Assembly: GCA_951406725.2 (NCBI GenBank)
Contig: OX597830.1
Location: 18,166,001-18,230,000 of the forward strand
Length of the DNA: 64,000 bases
Source of the DNA: Octopus vulgaris
Lineage: Eukaryota
Direction: 5' to 3'
Of the stretch, positions 27,992-41,059 are shown one piece after another; within the stretch, counting starts at the first letter, position 1; every line of letters begins with the position of its first letter. The notes under the pieces were generated by a model. The model was not told the origin of the DNA, did not search any database, and saw only the letters and a list, made by a program, of their open reading frames with translations. The translations under genes and the position numbers were made by a program.

Positions 27992-28144
27992 ATTCCCTGT
28001 TGTGAAAATAACAGTGAATGCTGCACTGGAAAATCTTCAAACTTAACATGTCCGTGCCAGCCATGTCTACCCAAACTAAAAGACCGTATACATCAAGCCT
28101 TCACTGTGACCGGTGCAATAGGATTGTTCTTTAGCTTTACTGAG
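27992..28144 (+). CDS. TSPAN13/31: Tetraspanin-13/31-like gene, internal exon (rest of the large extracellular loop and start of TM4)
   Basis: Acceptor ttcttacag|ATT and donor GAG|gtaagt, phase 0 on both sides, 153 nt. Translates IPCCENNSECCTGKSSNLTCPCQPCLPKLKDRIHQAFTVTGAIGLFFSFTE; IGLFFSFTE is the TSPAN13/31 TM4 signature. Not in the ORF track. Confidence 0.95.
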
Positions 28145-28842
28145 GTAAGTTACAGTTTTCATAATTCAGGCACAGACTATTTTTGGCCTACCAGGCCATG
28201 TTGTCTACTTTGATATGGTATTACTTGCCGCTGCGTATTGAACAGACAGTGCTGGAAGGGGAGAGTTGCAGTAGTCTTTTTTTTTTTTTTTTTTTTCATT
28301 CTTTATCTCTAGATTATTATTTCGTTGCTGTAACCTCCCTAATTAAGATGTATCGTTGTTCTTCAGTGCCAGGTCAGTCCTGATCCAGAAGACCAATGGT
28401 CAAAGATGTTCCAACTGCATTTATCCCTCTCATTTTTTTAAACTTCCCCAGACATCATGATATATTTAGGGAAACGTGATTCAAAGAAGGGTGTAATTTG
28501 TGGAAAATTTGGGTGTTGTATGTAGTATGTTGAACAACCACATAGAGGTTTCTTTATTGGTGCAAGTGACTTTCTAATTAGCTGTCGTTGATGGAAATGA
28601 GATAGCTAGGTCAAATCAGATGTTGTACTACCAGCTTATGCTTCACCAGTTCTTTTTTGTCACACAGCTTGTGTTTCATTGTAAGGTATTTCATATTGTG
28701 TTCATTCAGCTTAACTGAATGGGAATTGAATATAAAACATGCTTCTCTTCAATAGAACTGGCATTCCATTAATTAAATACAACCCCCACTTTCCACCAGT
28801 ATTTTTTATATATATATATATATATATATTGTTTGGATTAAC

Positions 28843-28877
<35 letters not shown>

Positions 28878-28878
<1 letters not shown>

Positions 28879-29087
28879 GTTAATCCAAACATGAAAACAC
28901 AAAGAGAAAACACAACAACACGAGGACGTGGAACAAATATAGTATTATTGGACGCTCAGGAAAGGAAAGAAAGAAGGAGGGTTTAACGTTTCGAGCGGAG
29001 CTCTTCGTCAGAAACATAAGAAAAGGAAAGATCCAGAGAAGGGAAGATGGAGGGGAAAAAATCGCCAACGGTACACACGCGGTCACA
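28878..29087 (-). mobile_element. Penelope-like terminal repeat with a minimal hammerhead-like motif
   Basis: Inserted in (TA)n. The minus strand at 28981-29015 reads GTTT CTGACGA A GAGC TCC GCTC GAAAC GTT AAAC. Same family as 11287-11585. Confidence 0.65.
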
Positions 29088-29999
29088 ATATATATATATT
29101 TAGATGAAAGGGGTACTATTAATTGAATTGGTCTCAGTATATAATACTAAAACTTATTTTTATTGACCTTGATGACATCAATAACTAAAACTTCCTATTG
29201 TCTTGGCAATTACCTTTATTCTCTACCTTTAAAACCAGGATGGATAAGTGTTTAGATGTGGATTAAAATCAGATTAATGTACAGTGGATGCTGCATGGAT
29301 GAATAGTTATTAAGAAGTTAGCATTGCAGTCATGAAGCCCTGGGTTCAATCCCTGACTGTACGACATCTTGGGCAAGTTTCTTTTACAGTAGCCTTGGGC
29401 GAACTCAAACTTTGTGAGTGGACTGAAAGTGAATGGAAACCCTTCATATGTGTTGCAACTGTAATTCAAAGGTCTGTCCTTGTCACTTGCTGTGTCATGC
29501 TGACTCTGATCGAAGATCACACGAAGAGCACAAACATCCGTGGAATATTCAGTCACTTACATGCAAATTTAACAAGCAGGTTGTTCAGTTGATCATGTCG
29601 AAAAGAACAGAAGTCCATTTATTTATTTGCCTTTATTTTACTGGTGCAGCAAATTTTAGGGAATGTGTTTGGAGGTGAATTAATACCAATGTGTTACTGG
29701 TATGAAAGTCTTTAGGAAAGGTGAGTGTTGAACTCACAACATTGAGCTATTGAACTACTGAGTACAATAAAACATTCTTTATAAAGTCAGCTCCAGCACT
29801 GAGAAACCTGTAAATATTTATAGTAATTTCTTGTAACTATTGCTAGATGATTAAATCTTAAGTTTTATCATATTTACCCTTGATAGAGTTTCACAAGAAA
29901 CAATTCTCCGTCATTTCTAAGTTATTACACTCTAATTATACATTTATACCAGCAGTAAGCACATGACACTCCTTGTGTAAGTAACATTATTAAAGACTA

Positions 30000-31514
30000 C
30001 AGTATTTCCCAAATGAATTCATCCCTTTCTCAAATGAATTCATCCTTTCAGTATTAAAGACTGATTTAAAACAATAGTTTAAACATTTTTAACATGTCAA
30101 ACAAGACATATAAGAAATTATCTGAGCAGGATAAAAAAAGAATATTGTCTGCTTCCAGAAACAGTAAAAATTTGTCCCGCTCCCTTGATATTAACTGCAG
30201 CACAGTCAAGATAATTGCACAAAAAAATTATTCTCTAAAGAAAAATTGTGGGCACCGACAGCAAAAAATCAAGGAAAACCATCAACAATTTTTACAAGAA
30301 TCGATTAACGAGGATCCAACTTTAACTTTGAAAAGAACGAGAGAACTTTTACAATAGAAATTCGATTTGACTGTTTCATTATCAAGTATTGATCTCTATC
30401 TTGATGGCTTTGGATACACTCTGAAAAAACTAATAATTCACCCTCAAGAACAAAATAACGAAAACACAAAATAAGGGGCAATGTTATTATGCAAAATGGC
30501 TTCAATATAATAGATTGGCCATTCATCGTGTATATATTGATGAAACAAATTACATTTGAATTTCAAGGTAAATGATTATTAAATTTACTAAATACTTATA
30601 TAAAATTTTTGCTTATGAAATAATTTTACGATCTATTTGTTTGAAGGTCATTGGGTAGAGCTTACCCTTGAGTTCAGGCAATTACCAATCATCCTTCTAC
30701 TAAAGGGGCAAATTTAAACATTATTGCTGCTAGAGATATGTCGGGTCTTGTCCTATTCAAAACATTTAAGAAGATCACAACTTCTGAATTTGACAGCTTT
30801 TTACATCAGCGACTACATCAGATCCTGTCATATTTATTATGGACAATGCACGCATCCATAAACATGTCGATGAAATCGGTTTCGCACCACAAAAGATGGT
30901 TAAATATCTACCTCGTTATTCTCCGATGTTTAATCCCATTGACGAAATGCTCAATGAATTGAAATCTTTTGTGAAGCAGCATCTACAGAATCATAAACAT
31001 GATCTCTACAACAGACCAGAAAATTTGCCCGAGTCGAATCATAGAATGAATATTTTAAAAACAGCAATGCATCTTGCAATGAATTCAATATCTGCTGTAA
31101 ATTGTGCAAGATAGGATCAACATCAAACATTTTTCATCCCACAACTATTGCATATGAAGGATTTGTGAAATAGTTATGAGTATAAGCGTTTTAAAATAAG
31201 TTTATAAATTGTTTTAAGTTTAGTTTTTTTTTTTGTTTATTTTCACTATTCTCATGCTAAGATACTATTTTGTATGTTTGTTTAAACTTATAGGTGTCTC
31301 GTTTTTAAATATTTAAGATCTAAATTGGCTTTGATATCAAAGGGATGAATTCATTTAAGAAGGGGACGAATTCATTCGAGAAGGAGACAAATTCATTCGA
31401 GAAAAGGACAAATTCATCCAAGAAAAGGACAAATTCATTTGAGAAAGGGACAAATTCATTTGAGAGAGAGACTAATTCATCCGAGTAAAGGACAAATTCA
31501 GGCGAGAAATACTG
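30000..31514 (+). mobile_element. Decayed Tc1/IS630-like DNA transposon with subterminal 21-bp repeats
   Basis: TA|CAGTATTTC ... GAAATACTG|TA, giving terminal inverted repeats and a TA target duplication. There are 2 copies of a 21-bp unit at the left end and 8 inverted copies at 31340-31507. Contains transposase remnants. Confidence 0.9.
30094..31114 (+). pseudogene. DDE transposase pseudogene (IS630-Tc1-mariner superfamily)
   Basis: N-terminal HTH-like part MSNKTYKKLSEQDKKRIL..., then ..DGFGYTLKK.., VYIDETN (first D), MDNARIH (second D) and YLPRYSPMFNPIDE. Interrupted by stops, frameshifts and an apparent GT-AG intron at 30568-30646. Confidence 0.85.
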
Positions 31515-32761
31515 TAGTAAGATATTGTAATATATGACAAAGGGTGACAGAGGACAATTTAAAAGCAAAAAGCTAGGAGTTAAACTATAAAATAGTTTTG
31601 ATATGCTCTACTTGTGTGCTTGAGTTGAATATAAATGCCTAGCAGATTAGCATGTGTGGAAGAAGTAAATTAGCGTTGCTAAGTCTGACATGAAAGTTTT
31701 TAGTGTAATATAACCATAACAATCATCGTCAGTTCAAGCTTGCTCAGATTAAATATATGACAGTTGATGCAGGAGTGGCTGTGTAGTAAATAGCTTACTT
31801 ACCAACCACATGGTCCTGGGTTCAGAGCCACTGCGTGGAACCTTAGACAAGTATCTTCTGCTATAGTCTCAGGCTGATCAAAGCCTTGTGAGTGGACTTG
31901 GTAGATGGAAACTAAAAGAAGCCCGTCATATATATGTATATTTGTGTGTCTGTGTTTGTCCCCCCCCCCCCCACCATCGCTTGACAACTAATGCTGGTGT
32001 GTTTGCGTCCCCGTACCTTAGCGGTTCAGCAAAAGAGATCGATAGAATAAGTACCAGGCTTACAAAGAATAAGTCCTGGGGTCGATTTGCTCAACTAAAT
32101 GCGGTACTCCAGCATGGCCACAGTCACATGACTGAAACAAGTACATGGGTAAAAAGATATATGTATGTATGTATGTATGTATATATATATATATATGCTA
32201 TCATCATCATCATTTAACATCTGTTTTCCATGCTGGCATGAGTTGGATGATTTTGATGGGAGCTGGCAAGCTGGAGAGCTGCACCAGGCTTTGGTTGTCT
32301 GTTTTGGCAGGGTTTCTATAGCTTGGTGCCCTTCCTAATGCCAACCACTTTACAGAGTGTTCTAGGTACTTTTTACATGGCACTGGCATATATAAACTAC
32401 ATTATGTATGTCATATAATAACTACAGCTAAATCTGAAATAGTTTTACTGTGTAATTCTAATTGATGAATTAATACCCAACTTCATTGTACCATTGTTGT
32501 TTAACCCTTGGTTGACTTCAATTAATCAAACCTATCATCAAAAGCATTCCTGCTAGTCATTCCATCTTTTTTAGGATTATCTAAAATCATGCTGATCAGT
32601 GTGTTCTTCATTGCTTAGAATGGTGTGATTTTTATTTGAGGGAGATTTGACTATTATTTCTAGCAGGTCATGTGACCAGTTTTGCCATGAGGAACACAGT
32701 GTAATGTTTTGGTTTATCATGTGTACAATATCGCGCACACATATCTAGTTTTTATTGTATA

Positions 32762-33641
32762 CGTGGTCTGATCAATAAGTATCCAGACTGTTGCCATAGT
32801 AACGAAGCTAGAGCATGCAGAGTGAAGCTGCTTGGCACAGACTCACCTTGAACTCTGCTGTACATGTGCACTAAGTTTTAACATTCTAGCTCACTTCTGA
32901 TGTTTACAGCAGTGCTTAGAAGGAAGGTGTGTAGCATGTGATTGTTGCATTGACCATGACAGAGAGAGTTGAACTAAGAGGCTGCATCAAATTTGCCAAA
33001 AGCTTGGTGATACCTGCTTAGAGGCCTATGCAAAAGTTTACAAAAAGTTTTAATCCTTCTCAATACAATCAAGATCTTGTGCAACTGAAACCCGAGTGTC
33101 TTTTGGGTCAGCTGAAAGCAGGTTTGGCACAAACTTGGCAGACATGTGTCTCATACCCAAATCTTCAGTGATAATGGACTGAACTGAACCATAACTAATC
33201 TACACATCCTCTGATAATTCACAAATGGTAATTCGATGATTTCCCTTCACATCTGCGATGTTTTTCTCAGTTCTGCTGGTTGCTGGTCTCCCAGAACATT
33301 CATCAATATTGACATTTTTTCAGCCATTTTGAAAACATCTGAGCCACTCGTACACTTGTGTTTGGCTTATGCACTCCTTTCCATACACTTTCTTCAACTT
33401 TGTGCAGGCCTCTGGGCAGCTGTCGCCATGACAACTTTCTCTGTCGTGGTCAATGCGAAGATCACATGCTACACACCTTCCTTCCAAGCACTGCTGTAAA
33501 CAGCAGAAGTGAGCTAGAACGTTAAAACTTAAAGTGCCTGCACAGCAGAATTCAAGCTCAGTCTTTGTCAAGCAGCTTCACTCTGCATGCTTTAGCTTTG
33601 TTACTATGGCAACAGTCTGGATACTTATTGATCAGACGTCG
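32762..33641. mobile_element. Non-autonomous mariner derivative with inverted arms of about 200 bp
   Basis: TA|CGTGGTCTGATCAATAAGTATCCAGAC... matches the reverse complement of ...GTCTGGATACTTATTGATCAGACGTCG|TA. The minus strand encodes decayed mariner N-terminal motifs (KKVYGKECISQTQVYEW..RF, GRP, LGMRH.SAKFVP). Confidence 0.85.
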
Positions 33642-35538
33642 TATATAAGCAACTTAATTTACCCCCAGTTTTATGTTTAAGATTCAGCCAATAAGCAACA
33701 AAAGGGAGACATTCAAATGCATGCTCATTTGAATATACTATTGTTGGAAATGATTATTAGATATGATACACACTACTGTGTTTGGCATTAGGAAGGCCAT
33801 CCAGTTGTGGCAACCATGCCAAAGCTGACACTGAAGCTCAATGTAGTCCTGCAGCTCAACCAATTCCTGTCAAGCCACCTAACCCATGCTAGCATGGAAG
33901 TTGGACATTAAATGAGGATGATGATGGCAGTGACGGTGATGTGTGTGTGTGTGTGTGTGTCAAAGTTAGCATCATACCAAATTAAATACTTTGCAGTACT
34001 TAGCTTCATCAATCTATATTTTGTTATCAAGATTCCATTGGAATCCTTCCTTATTCTATTAGACATTTACTACTGAGGTCAATTTAATGAACTGCATTTC
34101 CAAATTATACATTTTAGATAATATAACGATTCTTTACATTTATACCACTGAAAGGGATTATTATATATTCTTTATTAATTTTATATAAGGCTATATTTCA
34201 ATTTGTGCTCTCTGATACAATTTAGAGATTGAAAGTCTCAGAAGGAAAAAACATGTATTTAACAAACAAATTATCATCATTCAGTCTCTTGGGTTTCACT
34301 CTGAGATTCATCAAATATGTGATCTGAGAGAGGTTTGACTGTTGTTTCTTGCATGTCGAGCGAACATGTTGAGGCTCTTTCGCCAGCTCATCATTCTTCT
34401 ATATACTGTTTGTAACAGTATATTTACATGTTGAAAACTCACTTAGAGCAAATATTGGTGCTATACTTTGCCATAAGTGGTTAGTAGCTCTTCTTAACTC
34501 TTTAGCATTCAAACCAACCCCATGTCCAGCCTAAATATTTAACCTGTTTTTTATTGAAACTGACCGCAACTGGCCTCTTGCCTCATCCCTAAAATGTCAT
34601 TCTAAAACTAAGCAATCACATCATCGACGTCTCTAAACTACAAGATAATGCATGATTAATTTAAAACAATCTAAATAAACAAACATTACATTTGACAGAA
34701 TAATCTGAATGCTAAAGATTTAAGGATAAAAAAAAAAAGCTGACCAAGTTTGAGTTTTATTGCTATCTTCAGGTTGCAGTGCAGCTTGGCTTATGAGCTT
34801 ATCTTATCATGTCACACCTTGACAGTTGTCTTGTCATTGGTAGCATAAACAAATTGTAAAGGACAAAAATACTAGTGTGGTGAATCCTGACAGAAGGGGG
34901 TCATAATAAATTGTCAGCATGTTGTAATGGGACTTCAAATTTCTAAACATTTACACTTCAGCATAATGTGTACAATCACACACATACACACATACAATGC
35001 ACAAACATATAGGTTTCGGGTCATAGTGGCTCGAGCTATGACTAACTCAGTAGCACCACTTGATTGTTCAAAGAAATATATTTTTATGTAGATTGTGTGT
35101 GAAAAGACAAACACAAACAGGAAATACAGAGAAGTGGAAGGGAGGGGCAGTGCAGGGTGGATGAGGAAAGGAAAGCAAGTATTTATTGTAAAAAAGACTT
35201 AAGAACTAAGCATTTAACAGTTTTTATGTCAATGTGTTAATAGTATTACAATTTTCTTTTTAAACAAACACTGCCAGAACAAAAGACAATAATACTGGTT
35301 TAATCAGACTGGATTAGGCTACTATAACTGAAAACAAAACCAAAAAAAAAATGGTAATATTTTGCATTTTGTTAAGGGTAGTGGATGAACAGAATTTAAT
35401 GGTGTTGAACAAAATAGCTTGTATTTATCTATTGGCCTCATATGGTCCGAGTTCAAAACCTGCCGAGATCAACTTTGCATTTCATCCTTAATGGTGTTAG
35501 TAAACTAAAATAGTAGTCAAGTATTGGACTTGATTTAA

Positions 35539-35744
35539 CCCTTTAGCAATCAGATTACTCTGTCAAATGTGTTGTTCATTTATTCATATTGTTTTAAATT
35601 AATCATGCATTATCTTGTAGCTTTGGGATTTTGTTGATGTGATTGCTAATTTTTAGAATGACAGTGTAGGGTAGATTTAGTTGGTTTGAGCATAAAACAG
35701 GTAGAATACTCGGGCCCGATGTGCCCAGTTTAAATGCTAAAGGG
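35539..35744. mobile_element. piggyBac-like MITE family 1 (other decayed copies near 9300-9475, 18721-18948, 34495-34723, 45869-46020)
   Basis: TTAA|CCCTTTAGCA ... TGCTAAAGGG|TTAA. Confidence 0.8.
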
Positions 35745-36651
35745 TTAAGAAAGATGATACTCTCCTTAAAAATGTGTCCTTGTCTCAGTGATGGAGATAG
35801 ATACTTTTGTAATTTTAAAGGAATAGACTTGTGACAACTATAAATATAACATATAAAGCCTTCTTATTTCTTTATTGCCCAGAAGGGGCTAAACAGAGAG
35901 GGGACAAACAAGGACAGGCAAAGGGATTAAGTCGATTACATTGACCCCAGTATGCAACTGGTACTTAATTTATCAACCCCGAAGGATGAAAGGCAAAGTT
36001 GACCTTGGTGGAATTGTAACTCAGAACGCAGTGGTGGACAAAATACCGCTAAGCATTTTGTCCGGCATGCTAACGTTTCTGCCAGCTCTCTGGCATCAGA
36101 GGGCTCTGTGAGGATTCTTTCTTAGTTTGTCCTACCTAACAGATGGTCGCAGTATTGAAGAGAAGAGTATGAGCCAACAGACTAATATTCTAGAATTATT
36201 TAATTTCTAAACAGTTCCAATGCTAACCAATGTGCAGACTTGTACATATGCTTGTTGATTATCTCATTTTTACTTAAGCAAACACAACGATCATTATATG
36301 CTTTGCTGATGAGGTTAGAATACGGCCAAAATATGCCCAGAATTATCTCCACCCTTTACCAAAAATAATTGTTTCTAATTATTGATTACCATTGCTTTTT
36401 ATCTCACTGCATAATTATTTTAACCATATTAACTCTTCTAACACTAACACAACTAATTCTACAAGTTAACATAATTCCCTGCAGTTCCTTTATGGGGTAA
36501 AATGCAGTAATTATTTAACATTCTCTTTGAAATACCATTTGTAATCAGCACTCGTCTGTCTTGTTATCAGCTATGAAATCAAATTGAATGATTTGTTTGT
36601 ATCTTCTTGCTAGCTACACTACTAACCAATCTAGTCGTTTCTTTTTTCTAG

Positions 36652-36726
36652 ATACTGGGTGTTTGGATTACGGTGCGATACCGTAACCAGAAAGACCCTA
36701 GAGCAAACCCCAATGCGTTTCTTTAA
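36652..36726 (+). CDS. TSPAN13/31: Tetraspanin-13/31-like terminal coding exon A (proximal)
   Basis: TACTAAC branch site at 36620-36626, pyrimidine tract, ctag|ATA acceptor in phase 0. Translates [27 protein letters not shown], the family C-terminus. Confidence 0.92.
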   Translation: MLGVWITVRYRNQKDPRANPNAFL

Positions 36727-36919
36727 TGGTTACCACTTGTGTTATCATTAGGTATAGTAAAGCCCCCTGAATTTTATCTGCCTCAGCTCTATGTATCTCT
36801 CTCTCTCTCTCTCTCTCTCTCCCACTCTGCCTCATCTCTGCCTCATCCTTTCTTTATTTTCCTATTGCTATTGTGTTACCAAGTCAACCATTTCTTTTTT
36901 CTGACCCATTTCTGCTTAT

Positions 36920-37110
36920 TCACATATTTTTTATACTTTGCATATTTTATTTTATTTTGCTTATTTTATACAAACATTCCATACTTTATTACTTTGCATA
37001 TTTCATAAACCCTTCATATTTTAAATACTTCCCATATTTCATGTTCTTCCCATATTTCATGTTCTTCCCATATTTTATATACTTCCTTGTATTTTATATA
37101 AACCCTATTT
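36920..37110 (+). repeat. 18-bp tandem repeat in the proximal 3' UTR of exon A
   Basis: Units CCCATATTTCATGTTCTT; two perfect copies at about 37031-37066 with degenerate copies on each side. Confidence 0.7.
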
Positions 37111-37765
37111 TAATGCAACTAAAAAGATTTAATTTTAAACAGACATTTTATACATTTAAATTTTTATTTTTGTACATTTCTTGGGAAGAAAGATATTGTG
37201 TGTACCCTGAAACTTTTTTGACCTTTTGGAGGGCTTTTTGATGGAAACAGGGAATTCAGTTTGGGGGTAAAAAAATATTCAATGAAAGGTTTATTATAAA
37301 GTCTGGGAGAGAGGAATAATATAGTATCAACAATCTGTTAATGGACTAATGTTAACAGACTACTGTTTATCTTAATTTAGCAGTTGAAGTGACCTAGTGG
37401 ATAAGGTATTTTTTGTTGGGTTTTTTTTAGTTGAAAAGTTGAAGCTCATACTCTATGTCCAGAATAAAAACCACAAACTTCTTCACTTCCTCATTCCACT
37501 AGCAACACAATGGTATATGTTGGTAGGAAACTGTAGAGTTATGATAACCTCATTGATATAGTGATAGTTGTAATATATATAATATATATATACACACAGA
37601 GGCGCAGGAGTGGCTGTGTGGTAAGTAGCTTGCTAACCAACCACATGGTTCTGGGTTCAGTCCCACTGTGTGGCATCTTGGGCAAGTGTCTTCTGCTATA
37701 GCCCCGGGCCGACCAATGCCTTGTGAGTGGATTTGGTAGACGGAAACTGAAAGAAGCCTGTCGTA

Positions 37766-37810
<45 letters not shown>

Positions 37811-38708
37811 ATGTTTGTGTGTCTGTGTGTTTGTCCCCCTAGCATTGCTTGACAACCGATGCTGGTGTGTTTACGTCCCCGTTACTTAGCGGTTCGGCAA
37901 AAGAGACCGATAGAATAAGTACTGGACTTACAAGGAATAAGTCCCGGGGTCGATTTGCTCGACTAAAGGTGGTGCTCCAGCATGACCGCAGTCAAATGAC
38001 TGAAACAAGTAAAAGAGTAAAACACACTGTGCTTGGGGAGACCTATTGAGTCAAGTACATCAACATCAAAAAATCAAATGGAAATTGTAGTTGTGATACC
38101 TGTGCCAGTGGCACGTAAAAAGCACCAACCGATCATGGCCGTTGCCAGCCTCGCCTGGCACATAAAAAGCACCCACTACACTCACTGAGTGGTTGGCGTT
38201 AGGAAGGGCATCCAGCTGTAGAAACACTGCCAAATCAGACTGGAGCCTGGTGCAGCCTCCTGGCTTCCCAGACCCCGGTCAAACCATCCAACCCATGCTA
38301 GCATGGAAAACAGTGATTTAGTGATGTATTGATCTCTACTGCTATTAGCAGTACCCCTTTTAAGAAAAACACCGAACTGTTGTTATTTAGTTTGATATTA
38401 ATCAGTACTGGATTGAGCAGGTCTATAATTGTTTCCAATTAGGACCCTCTGGTTTTATTTTGCTTTCTTAACGAGTATTTGGGAATAAGTGTATTGTGGG
38501 TTATTCGAATATTGTGATACAGAAGTAAAATAACAAAAAAGATGAGCTTCCAACAATGAAAAGAGGAAAGTTACCAACCACATGGTTCCAGGTTCATTCC
38601 TACTGCGTGGCACCTTGGGCAAGTATCTTCTACTGTAGCCTCAGGCCAACCAAAGCCTTGTGAGTGGATTTGGCAGACGGAAACTGAAAGAACCCCGTTG
38701 TATATATG

Positions 38709-38741
<33 letters not shown>

Positions 38742-41059
38742 ATATGTTTGTGTGTCTTTGTCCCCCAACATCACTTGACAACCAATGGTGGTGTGTTTAC
38801 GTCCTCATCACTTAACGTTTCGGTAAAAGAGACCAATAGAATAAGTACTAGGCTTCCAAAGAATAAGTCCTGGGGTTGATTTGCTCGACTAAAGGTGGTA
38901 CTCCAGCATGGCCGCAGTCAAATGACTGAAACCAGTAAAAGAATAAAAGAGTATACTTCAAGCCCATCATTAGAGGTATCATCATTGTCATCGTCATCAT
39001 CCTTTAATGTCCATTTTCTATGTTGACATTATTTGAACAGTTTGACCAGAGCTGGCAAGCAAGAGAGCTGCACCAGCTTCCAGTCTGATTTGGTTTGGTT
39101 TCTACAGCTGGATATCCTTCCTAATGCCAGCCACTTTACAGTGTGTGCTATGTGCTTTTAATGTGGTGCCAACATGAATGCTTTTTATGTGGCACCGGCA
39201 CAGGGCTCTTGCAAGCCAACCCTCTTCATTGGGGAATGGTATGAACACTTCTGCAGTAGAGGACAGGTTTTCTTGTATACTGCAAGGTGGTAGGTTCAAC
39301 ATAAACACACATTTCCAAACCATAAACTTCCGATGATGGACTTTTGTGCTTGAAATATATAAAAATTATTCAACTTGCCTCTCCACATTCTTAGCAGCTC
39401 TCCTTTTTTATTATTTCATTTACGAATACATTATCCAATGTGTCCTCCTCTTTTTGAAGATGGTAAGTGTGATTTCAAGGGTATTTAGTTGTTATCTCTA
39501 GTTACCCTGTAGATCCTTGCTCAAGTTACTCCATGTATAGTTGAAAAGGAAACGATCATTCAATGGAGTAAACTAGTTGGAGACAAGAGTGCAGTTGGGT
39601 TTAACTACTGTAGATTATTGCCAACTTAGTTTTTGGCTTAGAATCTAAGTATGAATAAATGAACTACACTGATTAAATTATCCCATCTTTATCTTATATA
39701 TATATCTTAGGATTTAGGTCTGTCACAAGCCTACAGGCTTATTGGGCTGGAGCTTCTCCCAGCTTCCATGGCATACAAGAGACCAAGCATATATAATGCT
39801 CCTATCCTTGGATGGCACATCAGCTCCTAATAGGGTTAACTCCCTGCTGAATAGACTGGGGCAATGGGAAATGAAGTGTTCTGAGAATCAAAACCACAAT
39901 TTTAGTGTTGTAAATGCAACAGAATTGCTGAAGCATGGAATAAACGATCTGCATCAGTTGTTAGCTATCAGGACACTACATCCTTCAAAACTTCCATGCT
40001 TCCTGAAATTCATCAACAATACACCTGATGCCCCCCCCCTCTTTTTTTGCTTTTAAATAAGACCACATAAAGTATATACACACACATATAGTTTTTTTTA
40101 CACATTATAAGCACCAATTTGTTTGAGGTTGTAAAAGAAAACCTTGTTTAATTGTTTCACTGACGGGGACTTAAATCGTGTTATCTCTTATGTTACTGGG
40201 TGACTATGTTAACTGATAAACACTACAGTCTGAAATTGGTGCTTATAAAATCTAATGCCATTTATATTAATCTCTTAGTCATTAATTTCTAATTATGATA
40301 TTATTATTTAATAGATATCAGATGGACTGTTTTGTTGAATCTGACAAATTAGCATCCCAGTTGTTCAGTCAATAGGACTATCTATTCATTGAATTATGTA
40401 ATAAATGACTGAGTATTCCACAGACAATTCTACTCTTAATTTAATTAATGGTCATACAGAATCAGTGTATGACAAGGTCGTGCTCTTTGAGTCACAAGTA
40501 CAGTACATCTGACAAGCTTTTTCCCTAGTTTCTCTCTAATGATCTCACTAAACAAGGCTTAATATTGACCCAAGGCTATGGTAGAAAATTTTTTTTATTT
40601 TTTAATCCTTCAGAGGGATTAATAATTATATTATTAAGTTAGAAACTGGGATTGATTAAGTTGACAATACTCTTCCATCAAATTTGTGGCATATGCTAAT
40701 GTTGAAATTGATTGCCGCTGCCACCATCATCATCATCACCATCACCACCACCACCACCACCATCATCATCATCATTATTATTATTGCTGTGAGCTGGCAA
40801 AATCATTAGCACACTGGGCAAAATACTTAGCAGCATTTTACCTCTCACTATGTTCTGAGTTCAAACTCTGCAAAGGTCAACTTTGTCTTTTGTCCTTTTG
40901 GGGATGATAAAATAGAGTTTTATGTCTAAACTAAGGATAACACAGACAGCAGTAACTTCTAAGATAAAGCTATTACTAGGTTTAGAAATAAATATTGGTA
41001 TTTGAATTTAGTCTTGGACTCTAGACATTGTAAGACTCCTGGATGTTGCTACTCAGTTT

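Noticed and set aside
31340-31507. Regular 21-bp array as a CRISPR or a coding repeat (ORF 31320-31568)
   Set aside because: There are no unique spacers, the context is eukaryotic, and it is the subterminal array of the transposon.
40686-40907. Poly-His ORF
   Set aside because: A (CAT/CAC)n microsatellite fused to a family-2 SINE.
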